A stretch of 64,000 nt of DNA from Hormiphora californensis (taxonomy: Eukaryota; Animalia; Ctenophora), in assembly GCA_020137815.1 (NCBI GenBank), contig CM035354.1, forward strand, positions 7,378,001 through 7,442,000, written 5' to 3'. Below, piece after piece: positions 13,130 through 25,418 of this stretch. Under the pieces are notes generated by a model that did not search any database, was not told the origin of the DNA, and saw only the letters and a program-made list of their open reading frames with translations. Each line of letters opens with the position of its first letter. The first letter of the stretch is position 1. The position numbers and the translations under genes were made by a program.

Positions 13130-13212
<83 letters not shown>

Positions 13213-13475
13213 AAAGAAATTAAGTGACATCTCACAATGATCACTTGGGTGTGTGTCGGTAAATTAGAATTTGACCTAGCTCATTTTGATTTACTGAAAT
13301 CGACTGAGAGAGAGAAAGAGACAGAGAAAGAGAAAGACGAAGGATGGAAAGTTGCTGGTTTGAGAAAATTCTCGCTGGAGGGGTTAAAAATATACCACTG
13401 AAAATATGATTATTTCTTCATAGCTGACGCTTAGCAATAGCATAATGAGGAATACTGATGAGAGATTCTCTCACA

Positions 13476-13549
<74 letters not shown>

Positions 13550-14019
13550 CAGGGGGAGAGTGGAGAAAGATAGGAATACCACACAGCAGCCCATGTAGGA
13601 GGGATATCACTAAGGTTAAAGCACACACCCATGCCTGATTAACACTCCAATGTACACTCATGAACAATACAATTTGATATGTACAAATCATCATTATCAT
13701 TCATACAAGCACTACTTCTTTCTGTCTCACTTTCTCTAGTCTCTAAAGTATGAATACACCATCAACCATGGCTCTCACTCTTCAACTATCGAACGCGAAA
13801 ATCGATCCCACTCCCACTCAATTATAAATACAGTGTATTATTATAGTCCACTACCGATCAAGCATTTGTCAGACATCGCGTGACAAGACGATTAGAAGAA
13901 ATGCAGATTTGGAGAAACTAAAAGATTACGAGAGGAGTGAAATTGAGGCTGAAAAAGAATTTAGAGACTCGATTTAGAGTCCAAGATTAGGGCGGTGTAT
14001 GAAACGAGCTAGAGAAAGA

Positions 14020-14161
14020 ACAGAGAAAGTACAGAGAAAGTACAGAGAAAGTACAGAGAAAGTACAGAGAAAGTACAGAGAAAGTACAGAGAAAGTACAG
14101 AGAAAGTACAGAGAAAGTACAGAGAAAGTACAGAGAAAGTACAGAGAAAGTACAGAGAAAG
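14020..14161. repeat. 11-bp minisatellite (ACAGAGAAAGT) x~13
   Basis: Directly visible perfect tandem array. Confidence 0.95.
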
Positions 14162-15771
14162 CTGTCAGAGCATTGGCCTGGCAGAGAGAAAGTACCGATG
14201 CATGTTTAGTTCTTTAGACATTTTTACAAGATACCTTACAACTTAGTGTAGTGCTTAGTGCAGAAATAGAGTTCGGCAGTAGACTTGTCGACAGGTTAAT
14301 AGAGCGGGCAATGCAAATATTGAGTTGTATTTCTGAGAGAGAGACAGAGAGTTTAGGACAGGTTTAATTGTTCATGCAGATAGTACAGCTGTAGCAAAGG
14401 CTTGTTACACTTACAGGGGGGGGGGGCAAAGGCTTGTTACAGGAAGGGCGCAGTAAAGGAAATTGTTACAGGGGGAAGGGATGTATTTCATCGGATCGGG
14501 CAGAAAAGTGAACAAATTCAAATCATTTCCCTACTACAAAATAGAGGGAACAAGCTTTAAAACTATTATACTGGATTGAAGAAGACGACTCCACATTTGG
14601 TCAAATACACGCCAGCCACGCCTTCTCTCTCCCTCTTCCCCCCTCTCTGATCTCGTTCTCTCGTTCTCTCTTTCCCTCTGTCTCTATCTCTTTTCTCATT
14701 CGCCGTCCCTCTCTCTCTTTTTGTCCCTCTCTCTTTTTCTCTCTTAATATCCCAATTCCCATACAATTTTTCCATCTCTCGCTCATTATCTCTATAACTT
14801 CTTAGCTCTAGGAGTCAAGACCGAGAGAAAAAGAGAGATAGAGATAGAGGGAGATAGAGAGAAAGTTTCGAAATGCTGCTCCCCGTAGAAAGCAAGAATG
14901 GGCATCACGCTTTTCTCTAGTCTGATCACACACGAAGTGATCTCTCCCCCTCCCCTCTCTTTCTATCTCTCTAGTATCTGACCACGCTGTCTCTCCTAAT
15001 TCTCTAAACTACATGAATCTCTTTGCGATTCAAACAATAGTGCCTTGCTTTCCACCATCAAAGATGCGTCCAAACACCCCCCTTCAATGCATATACAGAG
15101 CTTTATAATAGTTATACACGGCACGCGTCACAAGTGAAAAAACGCATATTCAGCATACTATTATCATACTTTATTGACCCTACCAGCTGTAGGACTCCCC
15201 TAGGAGCAGCTGCAGAGCTGCTCTTCAATTTTTCTACAGAGAAATGAAATATCAAAATTCGAGATTGACACTCGGAGCTTACCGCGGGAGCTTACCTAAA
15301 TTGTTGGCAGTTCACAGCTCATCATCAGTTGCAGCTACACGTGTGGGTGTCTTCAGAGGCATCGAGCTGAAACATTCTCCGCACGGCAACCAGAGTTCAT
15401 GTATGACCGAATTCATGGATCCACCACTAGTCACGTACCTGGACTCCTCTGTGTGCCATTCTAAAGATTTTAGAGGGAACTAACTGGGAAGTGTAAATCT
15501 GTTATGGATCATGCAGGACAATGGTTAAATTATCTATCAATATCTTAATAATAGTAGTAGGAAAATAAATGCATCCTTTGTCTAAAATTGTAGTTCTCTA
15601 TCTGTTGGCCCCGACCCACTGTTGGTTCCGACCCACTAGAGGAATGTATCAAGAGTTGATTTGAGGTTTCTATCCTTAGCGTCTTTTCCAGGCTACTCCT
15701 TTCTGGCGCCGCAGACCCCACCTGACCCCACTGTTGAGAATCAAATCGGGGTCTGGCGCCGCCAAACAGGG

Positions 15772-18700
15772 TTACTCAAGGGTTGATTTGAGGTTTCTAT
15801 CCTTTGTCTCCGGGAGCCACCACATAGTCCCCAGCCCCACAAGACAGAGGCCCATAAACAGGGAATTGAGAAGGTAATCGTTGGTGTTATTTGCAGCTTT
15901 CACCACATAGGGGGCTACAAAGGCACCTATCCGGGCAAAGATGGAGCAGAGATGAAGTCCACTTGATCGAATTGAGGTCGGCATCACCTGGGAAAGAGGT
16001 GGTTGGTAACTAGGGGTAACCATGAGGCAAGTTACTCATGTTCGCACTGGGGAGGTAACTAGGGGGTAACTATGGGGTAACTAAGGGTGAGGTAGTTGAA
16101 TCGTACGAGCAGTTGAAGTGGTTAGGGGAATACACAAGAGAGAGGACGTCCAGTGTGAGATTACAAAAACTCTTTCACCGACTTTGCATAAAACCTTACA
16201 CAGTACACTTCATATAACCTCATTTTACCTCATTGGTGTACATGTATACAATCATGAAGACTGCAGCGGTGCCCCACTTGGATCCCACAATGAGGGCCAC
16301 TCTTTTTAGGTCCCACCCTGTAGCACCTAGTTCCACTTTTAACAGGGAAACAGCACTGCAGATTAGGATGAGAGCCAGGTTGAGAAAGAGAGTGTTCCAC
16401 CTACCGAACCTGCCCATACTCCACGCTGTAACCACACCCGTGGGTATCTGTTATAGTAATGTGTGAATTAGTAATGCAGGTACGTGGGTATCTGTGGAAA
16501 TGTGTGAATTAGTAATGCAGTTACGTGGGTTAACCAGTAATATGGAGAAGGTAGAATCCGATTGACTATAGGACATAGGTACTGGTATCCTACTATACAA
16601 TCCTGAAGCAAAACAGCTGAGACAAAGACCTCGACCATGCCGAAGAAGAATATTACCTCTAAGACAGCCATGATGAGGAAGTTAACAGTTACACTTCCTG
16701 AGATGCCTTCCAGTGCGTAGTAGAACCCGTAAAACATAAGGGATACTAGGAACCATTGGTAGAATAACGCTAGAGTTACCACTAGGAACCTGTTGTGTGA
16801 GTTGATGTTTTGTAATATGTGGAGAACACGTGGATTCCGATTAAATCGGCATGTCTCTCCATTATTCTCTGATTTTTTGTTATCCCTCGACCAACTTTGT
16901 CAATAATTGTCACAAAGGGTATCTCAAAACCCAATCACCTATACCTGGGATTTCGGAGAATATTTAGAATGTTTCCACTCTGTTTCGTAGTCACCCCTTC
17001 TCCTTCTTCTTCAAGTTTCTTCTCAGGTGGAACCAGGTTAACCTGCCCCATAATACTGCCCCTCCCATTCAACTGTGCCATCTTGTCCAACACCAGAGCG
17101 GCTGCCTCTGGACCCTGATTGGCTAGAAGCCAGTATGGGCTCTCAGGGATAAACACCACCCAACACCCAACCACCAGCATGATAGCGTTGGCAATGTGAA
17201 TAGAGTTCCAAACTGGGAAGAGCTCGTAGACACCCGCTAGAACTATCAGGCCCAACACCTTGAATATTAGCTAGAGAGGGAGGGATGTGATATTGAACAA
17301 TAGTCATGGCAAAGGAGGAGGAGGAGGGAAAAGGGTATTTTGGGCAGGGACTAATTTTATTAGCCCTTCGACTTCATCTTGTTCTTACGCTGATGAAATT
17401 GCAGAGGGGACGCTTGGTTGAGGGGAAGAATTCATCTTTATAGGTCATGTGGACCGCTTGGAAACCGATACAGGTAGCACCTAGTAGGGAATGTAGAGTA
17501 TCAAATTGAATTGAATCACATATAACTTGCTGTGTTCTGAATCAGAAAGAATCAGTGTCTGAGTGGCTCAGATCGGGTCGGCACGTTGGCAGACAGTGAA
17601 ATATGTACCTGAAATAGTTCTGGCGACGAGAAAGAAAGTGTAAGACGGTGCGAGGGCCTGAGCTACAGATGTTAGAACTGTCGAGATAACTGCCCCTAGA
17701 GTCACTTTCTTCCTTCCAAATTTATCTGATAGGTACCTGGAACATGTAATTGTAATATAGGATCCTGACGACATGGGTTGTTCGAAGGCGAGGGATTTTG
17801 AATTCCGCCTGGAAGTTTTTGGGAGGGTAGAATCATGTGGTTAGGGGGTACTGGTCGTGAGATTGTGATCACATCACACACCCCTCACCCGCTGATTTGC
17901 GAGGGGGCCCTGTTCTCAAAGTCAACAACTCACCCGCTGATGGCAAGCCCGACAACAGTCCCAGGGATGAAGAATAGAGAACTAGAGAGAGCAGCAAGAC
18001 CATCATCACACTCCAAACCAAAGTGGCTGACCATTGTCCGACTGGATTTGTTTCCGGCCCACTCCCACTGAACCCTCTCCAGGTCACACACGTCCATGGT
18101 GGTCGTGTTACATGTGGTACTCTCCCCTCCAACACACACCCACTCAGGGGACAACAACTGGTGGGGAGTGTTAATTCGGGTGAGAGAATTAAGATGAGGG
18201 CCAGGGGACAACAGCTATATGGTGGGGTTTATGTGGAAGTGGCAGGGATGGGGATCAAATGTGTTTCCAGCTTTTAATGAGGAAGCTTCCGGAAGTCAAT
18301 GAATTCACGGAAACCACACCATACCATGAATACTCCCCCAAGAAAGTTGAAGGCGGCAACAAGGTTCAGAAAGGATAACCCGAGGAGGTAGAGAACTTGG
18401 GATCTTCCAAAGGGTCCAATGAAGGCATACACCTCATCTACCTACACGAGAGGGAGAGAACAATTGGTAACCAAAGGGACAAGGCAGGAAGCGACCGAAT
18501 ATTCGGTTCGGTTCGGTTCGGTTCGGAAATTCGGTGTTTTTTGGGCGGTTCGGTTCGGTTCGGTTCGGTAGGAAATTTTGGCCGAACCACCGAATTTTTT
18601 GGTCAAAAAATGCCCAGAAATCGGGCTTTTTCAGGCAAAATTTTTCAATTATTTCACGAAAATTGTATGGATTTCAATGTCAATTTCGCCGTATTAACCC

Positions 18701-19956
18701 TATTTCGAATCGGTGGTGCTATGTGGAAATGATTTCGCTAGTTTGCGGGTTCGATATGGATTGATTTGATACCTGACTTCCCGTCGAATCGTGTCCTCAT
18801 GAGAGGGTCAACAAATTCAGAAACTTTTTTTTTCAAAAAATTCATGGAGAGCACCGATCAAGATGTTAAGAATCATTCTCTGAAATTTTGTAAAAAAGTT
18901 TGGAAAATATTTCAAAGTCAATTTTATGGAAAATTTTATATATCAATTTTGCCGTACGAATCGTGTTTCGAATCGGTATTGCTAAGCGGGAGTGATGTTG
19001 CTAATTAGTGGGTCCGAGATGGATTATGCTGATACGTGATCCCCCATCAAATCTAATTAGGAAGTTTAGGGGAAACGATTCATGTTTCAATAAATCCTGC
19101 TAATTAGCGAGAGCACTGCCGCATAGCATCACCGATTCGCAACACGATTCGTACGGCAAAATTGACATAGAATTTTTTTTCCGAAATTGACTTTGAAATA
19201 TTTTACAAAGTTTTTTCACAAAATTAAATGTTTCTCTAAAAATTCATGGAGAGCATCGATCAAGGTATTGAGAATCATTACCTGAAATTTTGTGAAATTT
19301 TTTTTGTGAAAAATATTTTAAGTAAATTATGGTATACGAATCGTGTTTCTAATCGACAATGCTAAACGGGAGTGATGTTGGTAATTAGTGGGTGCGAGAT
19401 GGATTGTGCTGATACGTGATCCCCCATCAAATCTATGTAATTAGGAAATTTAGAGAGACACGATTCATGGTTCGTTTAATCCTGCTAATTAGCAATACCA
19501 TTCCCGTATAGCATTGCCGATTCGAAACACGATTCGTACGCAAAAATTGACATAGAAAATTTACGATAAAATTGACTTTGAAAATTTTTTCACAAAATTG
19601 ACTTTGAAATTTTTTCAAACATTTTTTAACAAAATTTCAGAGAATGATTCTCAATACCTTGATCGGTGCTCTCCATGACTTTTTAGAGAAATATTTATAC
19701 AGAAAAAGTTTTGTATAGTTCGGTTCGGTTCGGTTACCGAAATTCGGTTCGGTTCGGTTCGGTTCGGTTCGGTAAAAAAGTTTTTCAAATTCGGTTCGGT
19801 TCGGTTCGGTGGAAAAAAACCGGTTCGGTCGTTTCCTGGGACAAGGAGATCGGGTGCTAACTAGGATTTTCCTAGGAGGACTGACCACAAAGAAGCAGCG
19901 AGATTTAGAAAACTTGCCGTTACCTCAGTAAGGATCTTAACTTGCTTTTCGGACAT
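15772..19956 (-). CDS. SLC22-family (organic cation/anion) MFS transporter, ~9 exons
   Basis: Spliced pieces: MSEKQVKILTE / VDEVYAFIGPFGRSQ / Cys-containing extracellular loop ending TMVSHFGLECD / YLSDKFGRKKV (MFS motif A) / FIPESPYWL / GRFGRW / YTNE-VMPTSIRSSG / LPETKDRNL*. GT-AG borders. One apparent extra G in a homopolymer near 18336. Confidence 0.88.
18485..19838. mobile_element. hAT-like non-autonomous element (1354 bp) in the first intron of the SLC22 gene
   Basis: TIR CAGGAAGCGACCGAA / TTCGGTCGTTTCCTG; exact 8-bp TSD GGACAAGG (18477-18484 and 19839-19846); (CGGTT)n subterminal arrays. Confidence 0.88.
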
Positions 19957-21000
19957 CGCAAGTCCCAAAGTAAGATCACAACAGCTGTACTACTCAGGTA
20001 CTGCAGTGTCGAAATGGCCTGCTGCAGGAACTGGGACTTTTGTAGTACGGGGTAGAACAAAACGTTTGCAACAATCCTCAATATCAAATATCAATAACTC
20101 CTTCGGCATTCTCTCTCTCCCTGTCTCTATTTCGTGGTATATGCTCCATTGCTCAATGCTCCCTGGGAGCTCTGTTACGGTATAGCATTTCAATATTTCA
20201 CGAGGCCAGTGCGAGGAACAAGGCCATGACCCCTGAACACGAAGGAAGCTGGCCGTACCAGCTCGATATTTTCAGTTGAGTCGAGTGGTGAAAGGCTCCG
20301 AGAAGAAGAACCCATAATCCCTACACGACTGTATCTTCATGCATGCTACATAGCTTTCGACCCTTTCAGAGCATTAGCCTGTCCCTATTCTCATTTCTTT
20401 CAGAGCATTAGCCTGATGTCATACTACCCCGATGAGGACCATCTTTTGTGAGACCAATGATCCCGGTAACCAGATATATTGGGAGAAGTTGAAAACGGAT
20501 AAATTTACGAGTAAGAAATAATCGCAAAACATATAAGGTGTTACAAAGTTAACCATCCTGTTTCAAATTTACACACTTAAATTCTCAAAAAACACATACA
20601 GATAGAGACAACTAATATTATGAATAAAAGTTATATAGTTAACCTTTTAATTATGCTCTCTTGTCAGCGCAAGTTACAAATGTAGCAAATTGAGTGGCTC
20701 ACAACACTCTATGTGCCAGTGAGGTGGAATCTCACTCTTGTCGGCTACTAGGTACAACTTACAAGCTGTAGTTGTTGTGCCAGTAAAATCTGGCCATCTG
20801 GATATAATGTTGGTGTTTTTATGGGACTAAGCAGTACCCTAAATTGCCACAAATATTCTTCCTCACTCACTCTCTCTCTCCGACAAAGTCCTTACAATAT
20901 CTCTCTTCCTCTTCTTCTCTCTTTCTCATTCTGGTTGGTAGTCTCTCTGAACAGTCCTCGTGACACTGACATTCCAAATTCCGGGGAGGTATGTGAGACA

Positions 21001-24000
21001 TCAGGAGGCAACAGGATCTGTTAAAAGGGCCGAGTCATGTTTTGTAATGGTGTCCGTATTAGGAAACGTCCCCTCGTTGCTAGCGCGATCGTTGTCGTTG
21101 CTAAGGCGGTCTTCTTCGTTGCTAAGGCGGTCATATTCGTTGCTAGGGTGGTCTTCTTCGTTGCTAAGGCGGTCATCTTCGTCGCTAGGGCGGGTTTCTT
21201 CATTGCAAGGGCGGTCTTCTTCGTTGCTAGGGCAGTCTTCTCCGTCGCTAGGGCGGGTTTCTTCGCTGCTAGGGTGGGTTTCTTCGTTACTAGGGGCGTC
21301 ATGATGCTCGATTTCAGGCATATCACCGTTGGTAATAACAACATCAGGAATTGGTGATGCCTCTCTCGATATCTCGCTGCTAGGTGCATCAGCCTCAACA
21401 TCAGACACCAGTATATCGGCAGCGTTGCTAGTGGTAACCACTGCAGCGTTGCTAGTGGTAACCACTGCAGCGTTGCTAGTGGTAACCACTGCGGGTGGTT
21501 TATTGAGGCTGCTCAGGTTTCCGTGGGAGATGTTCCTGGTTAGTACAGAGTTCTCCAGAAAATACTGCCTCTCTTGATCCATCAGGGACTGTTTAATTCT
21601 GCTGCTCAGCTGCTTTCGTTTTATCATACCGTCCCACTGAAAAAAGGGAAGATATTACAATTTGGACGGAAATACAACACACAAACGTGAACGTGTGGAG
21701 AACTAAAATCACTGATCACTACTATCACAAGTACCTGGAGATCAACAAGACCGCCTTGTTTAGCGATAATTGATTTCACTCTGTTTGCAAAATCTATCGC
21801 ATCCTCTCCTGACAGTCTCTTCATTGGAGGCAGATACCAAACATCAACTACCAGCGCCCAGCTGGTCAACATCATGAACAGATACCTGAAGAAATTAGGG
21901 AATTTATAAAGTTAGTTTCCCTCACATAACAGACAAGCTGTGTTCCACCCCTGTCTGGCGGTATCAACCCGATCTGAGTGCACTGTCAAAACGGCGCCAG
22001 AGAGCATTACCCTCAGTAACATACCTGACAATGCTTTGTTCACTGCTATTCCAGAAGGCTTCAGTATACAGTGTATCATACTTCATTGCTACAGGGTAGA
22101 TGGTGGTGTCGATCTCAAAGGACCCTTTCTTGAACATCATCACACTGGTATTGTTGATGCAGGTACCCTCCGGGAATATCAGGACTGGGAAATTCCGACC
22201 TGTAGAGAATATGGGAGTCAACGCTACTGTTCTTTAGATTACACATCTTATACGATCTAACATACCTACTTTAGCACAAGTGACACTTTACTTGAAAAAA
22301 ACAGCCTAATCTCAGTTGCCGTAAGCTACAAAATAAAACTTGACACAACGTACCACTACTGCAATGATCAGTTAGTCTGTTCACCACCCTCTGCCGATCC
22401 TTCTCCTCTCCTCTATCAAACCACACATGATCAGATGTCTTATCCAGGAACTGCTGGAAGAATCCCAGTAGACCCCCGTGACGCTGTCCAATCAGGGAGT
22501 AGCAGTTGTCATAACTGAGTATAACCGCATCAAGCGGTGAGGTATGGTTAGCCACACAGATCCCACCCTTCTTAGCCTTATTCTCCGGGTTGTGGAAATT
22601 GATGATTGCGCTGAGGCTGTGGGCTATTAGCCTGAATACAGAGCAAATCAACCATTCCTGAAAGTGGTAGTGTGGGGTTAGAACAAAAGGGAATCATGCA
22701 AACTGAAATTTGAAAATGCTTTAAAACCATTGATAGCAGCTCAATTCTCTGGGCTTTGCAGCTTTGCTCAGATATGTATGTGGTTAATCAAAACCCTGAT
22801 TACCTCAAATATGCAATATTAAAACTCGATTGCAATTAAAACCCTCAGATAATGCTCTAAACCCTGATTACCTCAGATGTGTGCAATTCAAACCCTTGTT
22901 AAAGCTCAGATATGCTCTATACTCACACTTACATATGCCTTCCCGTAAAAAGCTGTGTTTTTTGGGAGAACACAGAGGATAGCAGTGGCAATACAAAACC
23001 ATATCAGGGCCGCTGTGAACACCAACACTCTGGAAAGGAGGATGTTAATTACTTAATTAAATCAGTAATTGGTTGGTGAATCTACCAATATAATTATATG
23101 GTAGTAGCCAAAACCAATCAAGATCATTCTATAACAACCAATTATCTAATTACTAATCAATTAATGACCCAAACTAATTACTCAATTACCTCATTGGCAG
23201 CAGCCATCCCCATCTCCAGATGAGACTAAAGAACCAGATGATATTGAGACGATGACTCATGAATACAGGGTGGATACAAGATCTAGTCAACATGTTCCAT
23301 AACTTCTTCTCAGCAGCGTAAAACCTTGTAGTAACCTAAAGAGAAAGAAGTCTGTTTAATAGACGGATTTTTAAAACTGTCCGGCGTCCGCTCCCTTTTT
23401 TAATTTGTTTGCGGCTTCGTATTTGTGCGTGACAGCATCCCTTTGTTAATACCTGATCGTCCCTGATTCGAGAGACCCCGCTGACAACGAGGGGTGCGAT
23501 GTCACAGAAACTGAAACTTGGAGCGAGGGGTCCAACGGTGTCCCCTTCTACATAACTGGGGAGGTGTTTCCTTCGACCCCTCCTTCTCCGTGCTGTCTCT
23601 AACTCACTGATTCCCTCCTCTTCCTCTTCCTCCTCCTCTTCAATCTGGGGGTGTATTGAAATTGGTGACGTCACGTAACGGTGGATAAGAGGGGGATTCT
23701 GGAGATATATACTTAGAGTGAAGTGGTTGAGTTTTGGTCCCTTATCTACAACTCTCTTTTTACCTTATCTGTGAAACCAAGAAGATGCTGTCTCTCCTTG
23801 ATAATGCCATCACAATAGACAAATAACCTGTGTACCATCTTGATGTACCTGGGGGGGGGGGGGGGGGGGGGTTACAGTCTCATTCGATTTAGTATTGATA
23901 ATGTGCTCAGTTTAAAATGATGGAAGGATTTGTTGTTAATTTTTTGTTCAAATCGGGGCGAGGTGAGACAGGGTCGAGCAAGGCAAAAGATTTGTATGTC

Positions 24001-24107
24001 TCTTACCATTTTCGCAGTGTAACAGTTCCTCCCAAGAATGCGGGGACAAGGAATCCAAATACAAAGGTGGACAGCCAGTAGGTGAGAATAAAAAATCGTG
24101 GCACCAT
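21001..24107 (-). CDS. GPAT3/4: Glycerol-3-phosphate acyltransferase 3/4 (AGPAT6/9 family), ~9 exons
   Basis: GGICVANHTSPLD (HxxxxD), VWFDR, LIFPEGTCINNTSVMMFKKGSFE, AFWNSS, MLTSWALVVDVWYLPPM, FANRVKSIIAKQGGLVDL-WDG; N-terminal DDQVTTRF...WNMLTR. One missing G near 23210 (WRWGWLLPMR). Confidence 0.93.
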
Positions 24108-24262
24108 CTCTCTCTCGTTACTCTGCTATCTAGTCAACATGGCTACATAAGGGATGAGGAGGGGTAATAATTTGGGAATAACCACATTTCCATTTCTCTC
24201 AGTCTCACAGATAATATAAAAAGTACATGGTAATAAGTTAAGGACACACACACACAGTTCTT

Positions 24263-25250
24263 TTATTCGTCTGGTTTGTTCTCTGTGCCTTCAACTCTAT
24301 TTCTCCACCGTTGAAGGTTTCGTAGTTCAGCGGCTGTATCGTCCGCCAGACGATTCTTGTAGATCCGAGAGATAATCTTTATCCTGTCCTGCTCTCTCCT
24401 CTCCCTGCTTTCCGTCATTCGGGGCGGGTCAACCGATAGCTTCTCTCGGTCCTCCCTGGAACAGGAAATGCACATAATAATGTGAATTCTAGAGAATGAG
24501 AGTGATACAAAATGTTCCTTCCAAAGAATGCTAGATTGGTCGCATTGGTCGGTACGTGATGAGTGCGCGCGAGATAGTCCACAACTGCGCGCTAAAAACT
24601 AGCAATAGCTTCTCTGGCCTAGTCCTTCCCTCTGCGAAGTGTCACGTCACACCGTGACTAAGAGGGAAAGTAAGAATCATACGATATGGCCAGCATGTTA
24701 GGGGAGAGTCTTACCGTTTTATGTTGTGTAGGAATCCCTCCAACCCGGGAACAAAGTCATCCTCATGAACATATTCTTCAGAGTCATAGTTTCTCTTGCG
24801 AGCCTCCCAGACACTTTCTTCCTCCGGCATTTCCATCTGCATCTCCCAGGCGTCGTAGGGCTGCCGTACCCTATAGATGAAGTAATGATTCGATGAGAGA
24901 AGATAGGGAGAGAGATAGAGAGAGAAAAGGGGAGAGAGAATAAAAGCGTTGAATTGGAAAATCTATTTTGGCACTGTAACTTCCACCTACTGCAGTCGTG
25001 TGCAGGAAGTGTAACTACCACTTCCCAAGCGGTGAATTAAATCCGATAAATTTCTCCTACCTATTAAACTCCTTGTTGAAGATTTGGTGGTGCTTCAGTT
25101 TTCTCATACCCTCCTGCTCTCTCTCAGAGTGAGGCCGTGTGTACTGTGTGTATGTGGCAGCGAGCTCCCTTGCATATTCCTCGCCCAATAAATTACCTAC
25201 CCGCCGCAACCACAACACCGTCTTAGCCTCGTCTACATGTTCTTCCTGCG
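24263..25250 (-). CDS. Last exons of an unidentified gene, possibly the 3' part of the MRPL47-like gene
   Basis: Phase-consistent exons ~25143-25062 (YTRPHSEREQEGMRKLKHHQIFNKEFNR), ~24872-24716 (VRQPYDAWEMQMEMPEEESVWEARKRN...) and ~24457-24263 (EDREKLSVDPPR...KPDE*). AATAAA overlaps the stop. Confidence 0.55.
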
Positions 25251-25358
25251 AGGAAGGGGGGAGAGATGTCAGAGAGATATTAATGACGGGGAGAGATGAT
25301 ATTAAAATCGGATGATACTCAGGATCCTCTCATAATATTAAAGAGAGGGAGAGAGAGA

Positions 25359-25418
<60 letters not shown>

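Noticed and set aside
19990-20520. Possible small gene between GPAT and SLC22
   Set aside because: Some exon-like composition and a duplicated acceptor-like sequence, but no consistent ORF or recognisable motif.
23190-23230. Frameshifts in GPAT, SLC22 and MRPL47 as pseudogenisation or recoding
   Set aside because: Each is a single-base change in a homopolymer within otherwise conserved genes, typical of long-read consensus error.
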